From positions 1-57,838 of the forward strand of contig DATJQB010000144.1 of NCBI GenBank assembly GCA_035506075.1: DNA of 57,838 bases. The letters are read 5' to 3'. How positions within the stretch are numbered: the first letter of the stretch is position 1; the number at the start of each line of letters is the position of its first letter. Shown here in pieces: positions 44,655 through 54,051 of this stretch. The DNA is from Bacteroidota bacterium. Lineage in GTDB: Bacteria; Bacteroidota; Ignavibacteria; UBA10030. The notes beneath the pieces are model-generated. The model made no database searches. It was not told the DNA's origin and saw only the letters and a list, made by a program, of their open reading frames with translations. The position numbers and the translations under genes are program-made.

Positions 44655-45587
44655 ATGACGGGCGTCTCTACTGTGAAGCATTCGCGTTTTCTCGACACGC
44701 TTGCGGTAGCGTTTCTTGCTGCTGTCTGGGGACTTGCGTGGCCGGTGGCCAAGATCGGCCTGCGCGACTGCGATCCGTTTTTGTTTGCAAGTTTGCGAAG
44801 CCTGGTGGGAGGTGTCTTTCTGTTCGGGTGGCGCCTTTTCAAGAAGGACAAGGAACCGTTCAACAGGCATACGTTTTGGGTCGCGTTCATTTCGGGAACA
44901 TGCTGGGTCGGGATCCCCATGGCGTTCGTCTCCTGGGCGATCCTCTACATCAATATTGGCCTTGGCGCCATTCTTCAGAGCACGACCCCGTTTTTTGTTG
45001 CCATCTGCGCGTATTATCTGCTCGGCGAGAAGCAGTTCACGTTTGCCAAGGTCGGCGGTCTTGTGATAGGATTTGCAGGCATCGTTGTTCTGTTTTCCGA
45101 CAAGCCGATCGCAGATTTCACAAGCTTGGCGGTCATCGGGGGACTTGCCATCCTGATCTCCTCGATCTTCAACGGTTACGGCCAGGTTTACGCGAGGAAG
45201 CACTTCAAAGGGCATGACCAGTTTGCGTTCATGACAGCAATCCTCATCATCTCGGGACTGGAGACGATGCCCTTCTGGTTTCTCAACGGCGTTCCGAAAC
45301 TGAATCTCTCGCTCGATCTTGTTCTCTCGTCGCTGTATCTGGGTATCATGGCGTCAGCGATTCCGTTTGCAGTGTATTTCGCCCTTCTCGTGCGGGTCGA
45401 TGTCGTCATTCTTTCCATGGTTGGCTATGTCATCCCGGTGATCGCCGTTGCTGCCGGATTCGTCCTGTTCGGCGAACGCATGTCGCAGGCGGAAATTGCG
45501 GGGTCGGTTCTTGTGCTGGTGGGAGTCGTGCTTGCGACACAATTTGATCTTGTGAAGACGAAAATCCTTTCCCGGAAAACCTCGTAA
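44655..45587 (+). CDS. EamA/DMT-superfamily permease
   Basis: About 10 hydrophobic segments form two EamA-like halves. Confidence 0.75.
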   Translation: MTGVSTVKHSRFLDTLAVAFLAAVWGLAWPVAKIGLRDCDPFLFASLRSLVGGVFLFGWRLFKKDKEPFNRHTFWVAFISGTCWVGIPMAFVSWAILYINIGLGAILQSTTPFFVAICAYYLLGEKQFTFAKVGGLVIGFAGIVVLFSDKPIADFTSLAVIGGLAILISSIFNGYGQVYARKHFKGHDQFAFMTAILIISGLETMPFWFLNGVPKLNLSLDLVLSSLYLGIMASAIPFAVYFALLVRVDVVILSMVGYVIPVIAVAAGFVLFGERMSQAEIAGSVLVLVGVVLATQFDLVKTKILSRKTS

Positions 45588-45598
45588 AGGGTTCCTCC

Positions 45599-46510
45599 AT
45601 GATTCGAATCGGCCTGGTCGATCTCGATACCACTCATCCAAAGACGTTCACAAAAATTCTCAATGCCATGCCGGGCGTGAAGGTGAACGCCCTCTGGGAC
45701 GGCCGCGACGTATGGCCGGAGGGGTACGACGAGCGGTTCGCGAAAGAAAACGATATTCCGAACGTCTGTAAGAAACTCGAAGACATGCTTGAGCATGTCG
45801 ACGCGGCGATGGTGCACGGCGTCAACTGGGACAAGCACGTTGACAGGGCGTATCCATTCATCGAAGCCGGTAAGCCCGTGCTCATCGACAAACCGGTCGT
45901 CGGCAAGGTGCGCGATATCTACACGTTGCTCGAATTGCAGGTAACACACGGGACCCCTGTCTACGGCGGTTCGGCGCTGCGCTACGCGCAGGAGATCGGC
46001 ATGCTCCGGTCGCAGGCGGAGCGTGTGGGAGAGGTTTTGACGGCGATTGCGACCGGTCCGGGTGATTTTTTCAGCTACGGCATTCATACGACTGAGCTGG
46101 CACAGGGCATGGTGGGCACGGGAGCGAATTATGTGGAGTACGTCGCCGAAAACAAGTCGTGCTTCGTTGCCGTGACGTATCACAACGGGTTCGTGCTTCA
46201 GCTTCAACTTCAACAGCCGTTCCAGGAATGGTCGATGTGTCTCTTCTCGACGACGGGCATGCACACGCTCAGGGTCGATCCAACCCGCATGTACGAACCG
46301 TTCCTTCAAAACTTTATCGACATCATCAACAAGAAAGAAGTTTCGTATTCACTCGAGGCGCCGCTGGAAGCGGTCAAGATTCTTATCGCAGCAAAGCTCT
46401 CCCGCCAGCACGGAGGGAAGATCTACCTTTCGGAAGTTCCTGCAGAGGAGGGATTCGACGGTGCGGCATACGCGGCTGAATATGCTGCAGCAAGGAGACG
46501 GGGAGAATAA
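45599..46510 (+). CDS. Gfo/Idh/MocA-like protein with degenerate dinucleotide-binding motif
   Basis: It reads MIRIGLVDLDTTHP where GxGxxG is expected, and LIDKPV in place of EKP. The overall length and layout are like the oxidoreductase family. Confidence 0.5.
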   Translation: MIRIGLVDLDTTHPKTFTKILNAMPGVKVNALWDGRDVWPEGYDERFAKENDIPNVCKKLEDMLEHVDAAMVHGVNWDKHVDRAYPFIEAGKPVLIDKPVVGKVRDIYTLLELQVTHGTPVYGGSALRYAQEIGMLRSQAERVGEVLTAIATGPGDFFSYGIHTTELAQGMVGTGANYVEYVAENKSCFVAVTYHNGFVLQLQLQQPFQEWSMCLFSTTGMHTLRVDPTRMYEPFLQNFIDIINKKEVSYSLEAPLEAVKILIAAKLSRQHGGKIYLSEVPAEEGFDGAAYAAEYAAARRRGE

Positions 46511-46513
46511 CCG

Positions 46514-47392
46514 ATGAGCCGAGGCGATAAGCGGGCGGTCATTCTGGCCGGCGGCATTTCCTCGAGGATGAAGAAGTCGTCGGTCGACCCGGGTGTCGAT
46601 GCGGAGCTTGTCCGCCAGGCGGATGAGCGGACGAAAGGTATGATCGGCGTCGGCGAAGGGGGACGTCCGTTTCTGGACTATCTCCTGAACAACATGAAGC
46701 ACGCCGGCATCGACGACGTTGTCATCGTCATCGCTGAACGCGACACAGAATTGAGGAACTACTACGGTCCCCGGGATCGCGGCAATGAGTTTCACGGCAT
46801 GCGCATTTCGTACGCTCTCCAGCGTATCCCGCAGGGCAGATCGAAGCCCATCGGAACCTCCGACGCATTGACACAAGCGCTTCTCTCCCGGCCCGATTGG
46901 GATGGCGGGGACTTTATCGTCTGCAACAGCGACAATCTCTATTCCGTACGTGCCTACACTTTGCTCCTGGAATCGGACGCGCCGAATGCGCTGATCGACT
47001 ATGACCGGTCGGGACTGGAATTTGATGAGACGCGCATCGCCCAGTTCGGCATCACGCGGAAGGACAACGACGGCTATGTGATTGAAATTGTCGAGAAGCC
47101 GAAGATGGAGGATCTTGACGCACTTCGATCGACAGACGGCACCATCCGTGTCAGCATGAACATCTTCCGCCTGGAATATGCCACGATGATTGGACCGCTG
47201 CTCGACTGCCCTGAAGATCCCGTGCGTCATGAAAAGGAACTCGTCACTGCGGTGACGAATATGGTGAAAGCCAATCCAAAATCCCTCAAGGCGCTCCCGC
47301 TGAAGGAGCACGTTCCTGACCTGACGAGCAAAGAGGACATTCCCGTCACCCGGGAATACCTCCGGAAGTACTTCGCAACACTGACATGGTAG
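46514..47392 (+). CDS. Sugar-1-phosphate nucleotidyltransferase family protein
   Basis: The N-terminal AVILAGGISSRM is a variant of the LAGGxGxRL pyrophosphorylase loop. The protein is 292 aa. Confidence 0.7.
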   Translation: MSRGDKRAVILAGGISSRMKKSSVDPGVDAELVRQADERTKGMIGVGEGGRPFLDYLLNNMKHAGIDDVVIVIAERDTELRNYYGPRDRGNEFHGMRISYALQRIPQGRSKPIGTSDALTQALLSRPDWDGGDFIVCNSDNLYSVRAYTLLLESDAPNALIDYDRSGLEFDETRIAQFGITRKDNDGYVIEIVEKPKMEDLDALRSTDGTIRVSMNIFRLEYATMIGPLLDCPEDPVRHEKELVTAVTNMVKANPKSLKALPLKEHVPDLTSKEDIPVTREYLRKYFATLTW

Positions 47393-47430
47393 CACCCGTT
47401 CATCCCATCACAACCAACACCTGAAGCTCC

Positions 47431-48897
47431 GTGCGTTTACTGCACCTCCATGCCGCGGATGTCCTGCAAACGGTGTACAACTGCCCCCGGGTGGAATTGG
47501 CCGCCCATGAAGCCCGCTACGATCGGCTCTGCAGATTCTTTTGTGATCAATTTCCCGGCAGGACGCCAAGGATCATTGTGCGCGCACCGGGCCGGGTCAA
47601 CCTGATCGGCGAACACACCGATTACAATGGATATCCCGTGTTGCCGATGGCAATCGACAGGGACTTTGTGTTCGCCATCGCTCCGGCGGACGATCGCGGG
47701 ATCAGGCTTTTCAATGAAGACCCGTCGTTCGAACCGCGATCGTTCAGTGCCGAGTTTCCGGTGTCTCCGTACTCGCAAGGTGATTGGGGAAATTATGTGA
47801 AAGCGGCGGTTCACGGAGTTCTCGATGCCGGGTTCATCGATCCAAAGAACGCCCGCGGGTTCGATGCTGCGATCGGGGGAACCATACCGGAGTCGGCAGG
47901 ACTTTCTTCGTCGTCGGCCCTTGTGGTTGCTTCCGCCCTTGCGTTCCTGGCTGCGAATCAAACCGAAGTCGAGCCGGGAGCATTGGCCGAACTTCTCGCA
48001 AGAGCTGAGCGTTACGTCGGCAGCGAAGGAGGGGGAATGGATCAGGCCGTTTCGCTTCTGGCAGAGACCGGCAGGGCGCTCATGATCGATTTCTTCCCGC
48101 TGACAGCAACACCTGCGCCCCTGCCCGGGGACATCATGTTCGTGGTTTGTAACAGCCTTGTGCGGGCACCGAAAAGTGAGAGCGTGCGGTATGCCTATAA
48201 CAGCCGGGTGATCGAGTGCCGTCTGGCAACAGCGCTTCTTGCCAGGATTGTTGAGGAGAAAATTGGAAGGAAGATCCCGGCGGCACGGTTGGCGGATTTG
48301 TCTGCGAAAAACCTGGGCCTGGAGCCCGCAATTCTGAATTCATGGGCACAGGAAGCCATTGGCGGTCAGCCGCTGCGGCTCCAGGAGGTAGCACGAAGAT
48401 TAGCGATGGCGCCGCACGCGGTTGAGACAGAACTCTGCAGGCTGAGGGATGGGAGCGTGCTCAAGGAACCTCCTGGCGGCTTTCGCGTGTGGGAGCGGTA
48501 TCGGCACGTCGTATCGGAAGCGGAACGAGTACGGCAAATGGCCGATGCGCTCAGCGAGGGAAACCTGACCGGGATTGGCTCGTTGATGAATCAATCGCAT
48601 GCCAGCTGCAGGGACGACTATGAAATCAGCTGTCCGGAACTTGAAGCGCTGGTATCGATTGCGTTGGAATCGGGCGCTCTTGGCTCCCGGCTTACAGGAG
48701 CGGGGTTCGGTGGATGCACCGTGAGTGCCGTCCGAAGAGAATCACTGGATCAATTTCTCAGCGGGGTGGAGGCAGGATATTATGACGGCTTTGTGAACCG
48801 GGAAGGCTCGCGCCCGTTTGTTGCATTCCAAAAGCTTTCGGATGTGATGTTCCCCTGCCGCGCCTCGATGGGGGCCGGATATTGGCAAGCGCAATGA
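47431..48897 (+). CDS. GHMP sugar-1-kinase of the galactokinase family (long, GALK2/GalNAc-kinase-like)
   Basis: Motifs are RAPGRVNLIGEHTDYNGYPVLPMAI (galactokinase signature), GGMDQAVS and GAGFGGCTV. The start is uncertain (GTG 47431 or GTG 47473). Confidence 0.85.
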   Translation: MRLLHLHAADVLQTVYNCPRVELAAHEARYDRLCRFFCDQFPGRTPRIIVRAPGRVNLIGEHTDYNGYPVLPMAIDRDFVFAIAPADDRGIRLFNEDPSFEPRSFSAEFPVSPYSQGDWGNYVKAAVHGVLDAGFIDPKNARGFDAAIGGTIPESAGLSSSSALVVASALAFLAANQTEVEPGALAELLARAERYVGSEGGGMDQAVSLLAETGRALMIDFFPLTATPAPLPGDIMFVVCNSLVRAPKSESVRYAYNSRVIECRLATALLARIVEEKIGRKIPAARLADLSAKNLGLEPAILNSWAQEAIGGQPLRLQEVARRLAMAPHAVETELCRLRDGSVLKEPPGGFRVWERYRHVVSEAERVRQMADALSEGNLTGIGSLMNQSHASCRDDYEISCPELEALVSIALESGALGSRLTGAGFGGCTVSAVRRESLDQFLSGVEAGYYDGFVNREGSRPFVAFQKLSDVMFPCRASMGAGYWQAQ

Positions 48898-50699
48898 TCA
48901 CCGGATATACCTCTATGCCTGCATTCAATACCGTCAACCTCCTCGATTACGTTCTCATCACGCTGCACTTTGTCGTGATCATCTGGGTTGGTGTCTACGC
49001 AGCGAAGCAGAACAAGAATACAGAAGAGTACTTCAAGGGCGGTGGACAGATTCCGTGGGTCATTGCCGGCCTTTCGAACTGGGTCGCGGGGTACTCAGCC
49101 TTCATGTTCGTTGCCGCTGCCGGGTTCGCGTACCTGAATGGCATCGGTGCCGCGCTCATATTCACCTCGGCACTCTGGGCGTACGGCGTCGGGTATTTTG
49201 TCTTTGGCCGGCTCTGGAGGCGCGCGCGGCTCGCGTCGCCCCTGAGTTTTCTCACACGACGCTACTCGGCTTCCACCACCTATTTCTATTCGGTCACTGC
49301 AATCATTCCGAACATCGTCGGTATCGGCCAGGGGCTTTACATCCTCTGCATCTTCATCTCCACCGCGCTTGGTTTCAACGAGAGAGTGTTCGACCTCGGG
49401 TTTGCCACGCTCAGCGGGTTTCAGGTTTCAATCGTCCTGGTGGGCACCGTCATGGTTGTGTACTCCGTGATCGGCGGATTGTGGGCGGCGGTGATTTCCG
49501 ATTCCGTGCAGGCGATCATCGTGACGATCATGACGTTCATCATTTTTCCGGTCGCCTATTTTTATCTTGGTGAAGGGGGCGGCTTCATCGCGGGATTCAA
49601 GCGGCTGATCGCCGAGGCACCGGACGGCTTTTTGAGATTGAGCGGCGATACGGCAAAGCCGCTGTTTCTGCTGGCGTATTTCCTGAACGTGATGCTCGGG
49701 TACAATGTGGGGTGGGCACTCGTGCAGCGGTACAGCAGCGTTGCGGACGAGCGCGACACGAAGAAAATGGCGATCATGTGCGCGGTCCTGTCGGTGGTTG
49801 GGCCGCTGCTCTGGATTTTGCCTGTGATGGCAGCGCGCATCATTCTCCCGGACATGGGAAGGCTCTGGCCGTCGCTCGCTGTTCCCGCCGAAGCGTCGTT
49901 TGTCAGCCTGGTGCTCATGCTGCTGCCGCACGGGTTGATCGGGTTCGTGGTTTCGGCGATTCTCTCCGCAACGCTGGGCCAATCTGGAGATACGTTCAAC
50001 TGGCTCTCTGCGACGGTCACAAGGGATATGTATGTTCCGCTCAGCAAGCGGTGGGGAAGAAAAACGCCGACAGAAAAGAATCAGCTCAGGGTTGCGCGTC
50101 TGTCAATGTTCATTGTCGGTGTGCTTGGAATCTGGGTTGCATTCTACATTCCGAAACTTGGCGGGGCATTCCAGTTTGCCCTTCAATTCTATTCTCTGAC
50201 TGCAGCGTTCATGATGCCTGTGTTCCTTGGGATCCTGTACAGGCGAACCCCCTGGTGGTCAGGGATGGCCTCGTGCAGCGCGGCGATTCTGCTTGCTGTC
50301 ACGCTGATGGTGCTCGGCCTTTGGAACGACCAGGCGTTTGCGCGCAACATGCTCAGTGAATCGCTCGCAGCAACCGTCGTTTTCTTCGGCTCCGCGTACT
50401 GGTTCAAACCCGACGATCCCCGTCATTCGGCCCTGATGCAGCTTGAGAAGGATCTGCAGACACCGGTCCACCGCGACTCTGAGCACCTGAAACCAGCCGG
50501 TTTGGGCGCGTACGTGCTGATTGGGAAAATTTGTGTCGTCATGGGGCTTATCATGATCGCCTGTGTGTTCGCACCGTCGACTCCGGCAGCATCGTCGACG
50601 CTGAATGTGGTTGCAGGAACGATGAGCCTGATCCTTGGCATCGTCATACTGTATCTCACGAGGAATCAGTCTCCGGCAAAGGAGGTGGCTCACAAATGA
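48894..50699 (+). CDS. Sodium:solute symporter (SSS) family transporter
   Basis: ATG 48894 overlaps the kinase stop (ATGA). The protein is multi-pass hydrophobic with an SSS-like N-terminus (EEYFKGGGQIPWVIAGLS). Confidence 0.8.
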   Translation: MITGYTSMPAFNTVNLLDYVLITLHFVVIIWVGVYAAKQNKNTEEYFKGGGQIPWVIAGLSNWVAGYSAFMFVAAAGFAYLNGIGAALIFTSALWAYGVGYFVFGRLWRRARLASPLSFLTRRYSASTTYFYSVTAIIPNIVGIGQGLYILCIFISTALGFNERVFDLGFATLSGFQVSIVLVGTVMVVYSVIGGLWAAVISDSVQAIIVTIMTFIIFPVAYFYLGEGGGFIAGFKRLIAEAPDGFLRLSGDTAKPLFLLAYFLNVMLGYNVGWALVQRYSSVADERDTKKMAIMCAVLSVVGPLLWILPVMAARIILPDMGRLWPSLAVPAEASFVSLVLMLLPHGLIGFVVSAILSATLGQSGDTFNWLSATVTRDMYVPLSKRWGRKTPTEKNQLRVARLSMFIVGVLGIWVAFYIPKLGGAFQFALQFYSLTAAFMMPVFLGILYRRTPWWSGMASCSAAILLAVTLMVLGLWNDQAFARNMLSESLAATVVFFGSAYWFKPDDPRHSALMQLEKDLQTPVHRDSEHLKPAGLGAYVLIGKICVVMGLIMIACVFAPSTPAASSTLNVVAGTMSLILGIVILYLTRNQSPAKEVAHK

Positions 50700-51610
50700 A
50701 CAGCCAGATCCGCATCAGCGCTGCGCAGCTGCCGACAGTGGTCGATGGATCGTCGTTCGCTGAGAAGCAGCGGAACAACCTCGGCCATGTCATCGAGATG
50801 CTCGAAACTGCAGGGACCCGGAAATCCGATCTTGTCCTCTTTGGCGAATATGCGAACCTCCATCACCGGACGTGGTCAGACGATCGAAGAGAGTATGTGG
50901 CGGATCCGATTCCCGGCTCCTTTACGAAAGTCGTTGGGGAAATGGCGCGCAAGTTCCGCATGAACGTTGCAATGCCGGTATTTGGAACGTTTCGGGGAGC
51001 CCTTTCAAGCTGGGTGGTCTTGTTCGACAGGAAGGGGAAGATTGCCGGATGTTATCAGAAGGCACATCCGACGATACCGGAGCAGAACGCGGGCATTGTG
51101 GCGGGCAAGGACCTGCCTGTCTACAAGCTGGATTGCGTGAGGGTTGGGATCATGACCTGCATGGACATCGAGTATCCCGAGGTCGCACAGGTCCTGCTGC
51201 TGAAGGGGGCGCAGCTGCTTCTGTTTCCTCATGTGCAGGGCACATGGGGAGAGGTGGATTGGGAAATCCGCTACCGGGCCCGCGCAATCGATACGGGACT
51301 TCCCATCGTATCGGCATGTTACGGTTTTCCGGAAGGGGAGTGGATGCCTGGAAAAATGATTGGACGCAGCAGCGTCATTGGCAGGGACGGGCTCGTTCTC
51401 GCAGATATCGGTAGAAAGATCGGCGTGTTGACCTGCGATCTCGATCTCAGCGCCGGGCGTGTGACGCCGTTCTTCTTCAACGAGCCGATCGACCGATCGC
51501 TTGCGGTCAGCGCTTCCCGGCGACCCGAATTGTATTCGGTCCTCGTCGATGAAGAGGTAAGGAACAAGGCTCTTCGCCAGGCAGAGAAGATCCGGAAACA
51601 GAAGAAATGA
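50696..51610 (+). CDS. Carbon-nitrogen hydrolase (nitrilase superfamily)
   Basis: ATG 50696 overlaps the symporter stop (ATGA). Candidate E-K-C triad contexts are LFGEYAN, YQKAHP and MTCMDIEYPE. Confidence 0.8.
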   Translation: MNSQIRISAAQLPTVVDGSSFAEKQRNNLGHVIEMLETAGTRKSDLVLFGEYANLHHRTWSDDRREYVADPIPGSFTKVVGEMARKFRMNVAMPVFGTFRGALSSWVVLFDRKGKIAGCYQKAHPTIPEQNAGIVAGKDLPVYKLDCVRVGIMTCMDIEYPEVAQVLLLKGAQLLLFPHVQGTWGEVDWEIRYRARAIDTGLPIVSACYGFPEGEWMPGKMIGRSSVIGRDGLVLADIGRKIGVLTCDLDLSAGRVTPFFFNEPIDRSLAVSASRRPELYSVLVDEEVRNKALRQAEKIRKQKK

Positions 51611-51649
51611 AATTCGCACGCGGGGCGAGGCCGCCTGAGATCCACGCGC

Positions 51650-52747
51650 TCAGACATTGAAACGAACAAACATCACATCCCCATCCTCGACGATATACTC
51701 CCTTCCCTGGACGTGCAGCAACCCGGCTTCGCGAAGTGCGTGTTCTGAACCAAACCGGTCGAGGTCGGCAAACTTCAGTATCTCCGCGCGTATGAATCCC
51801 TTCTCGAAATCCGTGTGAATGGTTCCGGCAGCAGCGAGTGCAGAGGTCCCCTTTCGAATTGTCCAGGCCCGCAGCTCTTTCGCGTTAACAGTGAAGAACG
51901 TGATGAGACGAAGCAAGTCGTATCCTTCGCGTATGAGCTGGCTCAGTCCAGACGCCTGCAGGCCAAGTTCCTTGAGAAACGGACCGCGCTCCGCTTCAGG
52001 CAGTTCGGCAATTTCTGCCTCGACCTCCGCGCTTATAAGGACAACCTTTGCAGATTCCTTTGAGGCGATTTCGCGGACCTTCGTGACATACTCCGATTCT
52101 GTTGCATAGTGTTTCTCGTGAACATTGCAGACGTACATCACAGGCTTGTTCGTGAGAAGATGGAGATCGCGCAGCCAAATATTCTCGTGGTCATGCGACG
52201 TGGAAAAGTACCGTGCGAGGCGTCCTCCGGCGAGGTGCTCGCGGACGCGCACGTAAAAAAGCGATTCGTCACGCGCCATCTTGTCTCCCGTCTTCGCGTG
52301 CTTCTCCGCTTCAGCATGTTTGTGATCCACTGTTTCAAGGTCCTTGAGGAGAAGCTCTGTTTCGACAATCTCGATGTCGCGCTTTGGATCGATGGTGCTG
52401 TCGATGTGGATCACATTGGGATCATCGAAGCAGCGGACAACGTGTGCAATGGCGTCGACAGTATGAATGTGTGACAGAAACTGATTGCCGAGTCCTTCCC
52501 CCTTGCTGGCGCCGCGCACGAGGCCCGCGATGTCGAGAAACTCGAGTGTCGTGGGTGTTGTCTTCGCAGGCTTGTAAAGGGCCGCGAGGCGGGCGAGGCG
52601 TTCGTCGGGTACCGGGACGACGCCGACGTTCGGCTCGATCGTGCAAAAGGGGTAGTTAGCGACTTCGGCTGACGCTGAGGTGATCGCGTTGAAGAGTGTC
52701 GACTTGCCGACGTTTGGCAGTCCAACAATGCCGCAGGTGAATCCCAT
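51650..52747 (-). CDS. ychF: Ribosome-binding ATPase YchF (OLA1)
   Basis: The start [21 protein letters not shown] is preceded on the minus strand by GGAGGAG. The C-terminal TGS-like end is present. The track ORF extends to 52822, but the upstream Met lacks support. Confidence 0.9.
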   Translation of the reverse strand: MGFTCGIVGLPNVGKSTLFNAITSASAEVANYPFCTIEPNVGVVPVPDERLARLAALYKPAKTTPTTLEFLDIAGLVRGASKGEGLGNQFLSHIHTVDAIAHVVRCFDDPNVIHIDSTIDPKRDIEIVETELLLKDLETVDHKHAEAEKHAKTGDKMARDESLFYVRVREHLAGGRLARYFSTSHDHENIWLRDLHLLTNKPVMYVCNVHEKHYATESEYVTKVREIASKESAKVVLISAEVEAEIAELPEAERGPFLKELGLQASGLSQLIREGYDLLRLITFFTVNAKELRAWTIRKGTSALAAAGTIHTDFEKGFIRAEILKFADLDRFGSEHALREAGLLHVQGREYIVEDGDVMFVRFNV

Positions 52748-52954
52748 TTCAGTTTTCTCCTCCCGTGAGGGTGTCTCTGCATTCCCCGGGTGCGCGGGGC
52801 ATGTGTCGTGTACTTCCTCCACGAAACTAGAGAAGTATCTCCACTAATGCTCTCGGTTTTCAACGTTGTCATCACTCCCCCGGAAGAGCACGAAATTCTC
52901 AATTCTCATAAAATTCCAGAGCGCACCAAAAGCAGCAAACTATTGAGATTTTGC

Positions 52955-52983
52955 TTGCATATATATGCATCAACGCGTATATT
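52955..52983 (+). promoter_or_regulatory. Sigma70-like promoter for the argC operon
   Basis: TTGCAT (52955-52960), a 17-nt spacer, then TATATT (52978-52983), about 25 nt upstream of the argC ATG. This lies in the only AT-rich stretch of the window. Confidence 0.45.
52956..52969. promoter_or_regulatory. ARG-box-like perfect palindrome (putative ArgR operator)
   Basis: TGCATATATATGCA differs from the TGAATwwwwATTCA core only at the symmetric positions 3 and 12. It overlaps the -35 element and the spacer. Confidence 0.5.
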
Positions 52984-53008
52984 TATCCATATTGATTTGG
53001 GAATCTGA

Positions 53009-54040
53009 ATGACAGAGAAAACGATATCGGTATCAATAGTCGGAGCATCGGGATATTCGGGCGCAGAGCTGACGAAGATCCTGCTTCGCCACAAGCACGT
53101 CCGTCTTGCGACGCTGTTTGCAAACAGTTCAGCCGGCAAGAAGGTCGCGGAAGTCTATCCATGGTTTGCAGGCAGAGTGGACGCAGTCTACGAGCAGTAC
53201 ACTGTTGAAGCGGCGAGCTCGAGCGACATCACGTTCATTGCGCTCCCGTCAGGCGAAGCGATGAACATTGTGCCGGAACTTCTGGAGCGTGGAAAACGTG
53301 TGATCGATCTTGGCGGAGATTTCCGGTTCAACGATGCGGCGCTGTACGAGAAATACTACAAGCATCAACACACAGCGGCGGGTTCACTTCCCCGGGCGGT
53401 TTTTGGGTTGCCGGAGTGGAATCGCGCACAGATCGCATCAGCGTCGCTGATCGCCAACCCGGGCTGTTACGCAACGAGCGCGATCCTTCCGCTCGCCCCG
53501 GTGCTGAAAGCCGGGATCGTTCAACCCCGCGGCATCACAATCAGTTCGCTCTCGGGGGTTTCGGGTGCAGGGCGCAGCGCAAAGGTGGACTACTCCTTCA
53601 CCGAATTGAACGAGTCCGTTCGCGCCTACAAGGTCGGTGTTCATCAACATACGCCCGAAATCAAAACTGTGCTCGAGAGCATCAGCGGCAAAGAACTTGC
53701 GCTGACGTTTGTTCCGCACCTCCTGCCGATTACCCGGGGGATCTACACGAGCATCTATGCTCCGCTCGCGGGGAATGTCACCCAATCCGATGTCCTGGCG
53801 ACTTTCCAGCAGTACTACGGCCGCGAGCCGTTCGTGCGAATTTCGGACACGGCTATCCCGGAAATCAAGAACGTCAACCATACCAATTACATCGATATTG
53901 GCTTCCGCGTCTATACGGACAACAATCAGCTTATCATCTTATCGGTCATCGACAATCTTATCAAAGGAGCCGCAGGGCAAGCGGTTCAGAACATGAATCT
54001 GATGTTTGGATTCGAAGAGACGGAGGGACTTCTCTCGTGA
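53009..54040 (+). CDS. argC: N-acetyl-gamma-glutamyl-phosphate reductase
   Basis: Motifs are VSIVGASGYSGAEL and the active-site NPGCYATS. The protein is 343 aa. Confidence 0.92.
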   Translation: MTEKTISVSIVGASGYSGAELTKILLRHKHVRLATLFANSSAGKKVAEVYPWFAGRVDAVYEQYTVEAASSSDITFIALPSGEAMNIVPELLERGKRVIDLGGDFRFNDAALYEKYYKHQHTAAGSLPRAVFGLPEWNRAQIASASLIANPGCYATSAILPLAPVLKAGIVQPRGITISSLSGVSGAGRSAKVDYSFTELNESVRAYKVGVHQHTPEIKTVLESISGKELALTFVPHLLPITRGIYTSIYAPLAGNVTQSDVLATFQQYYGREPFVRISDTAIPEIKNVNHTNYIDIGFRVYTDNNQLIILSVIDNLIKGAAGQAVQNMNLMFGFEETEGLLS

Positions 54041-54051
54041 CAACAATCTCA

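Noticed and set aside
51611-51649. A possible bidirectional terminator lies between the convergent nitrilase-family gene and ychF.
   Set aside because: Only a 4-bp stem (GGCG/CGCC) and a direct CACGCG repeat are present. There is no convincing hairpin plus T-tract.
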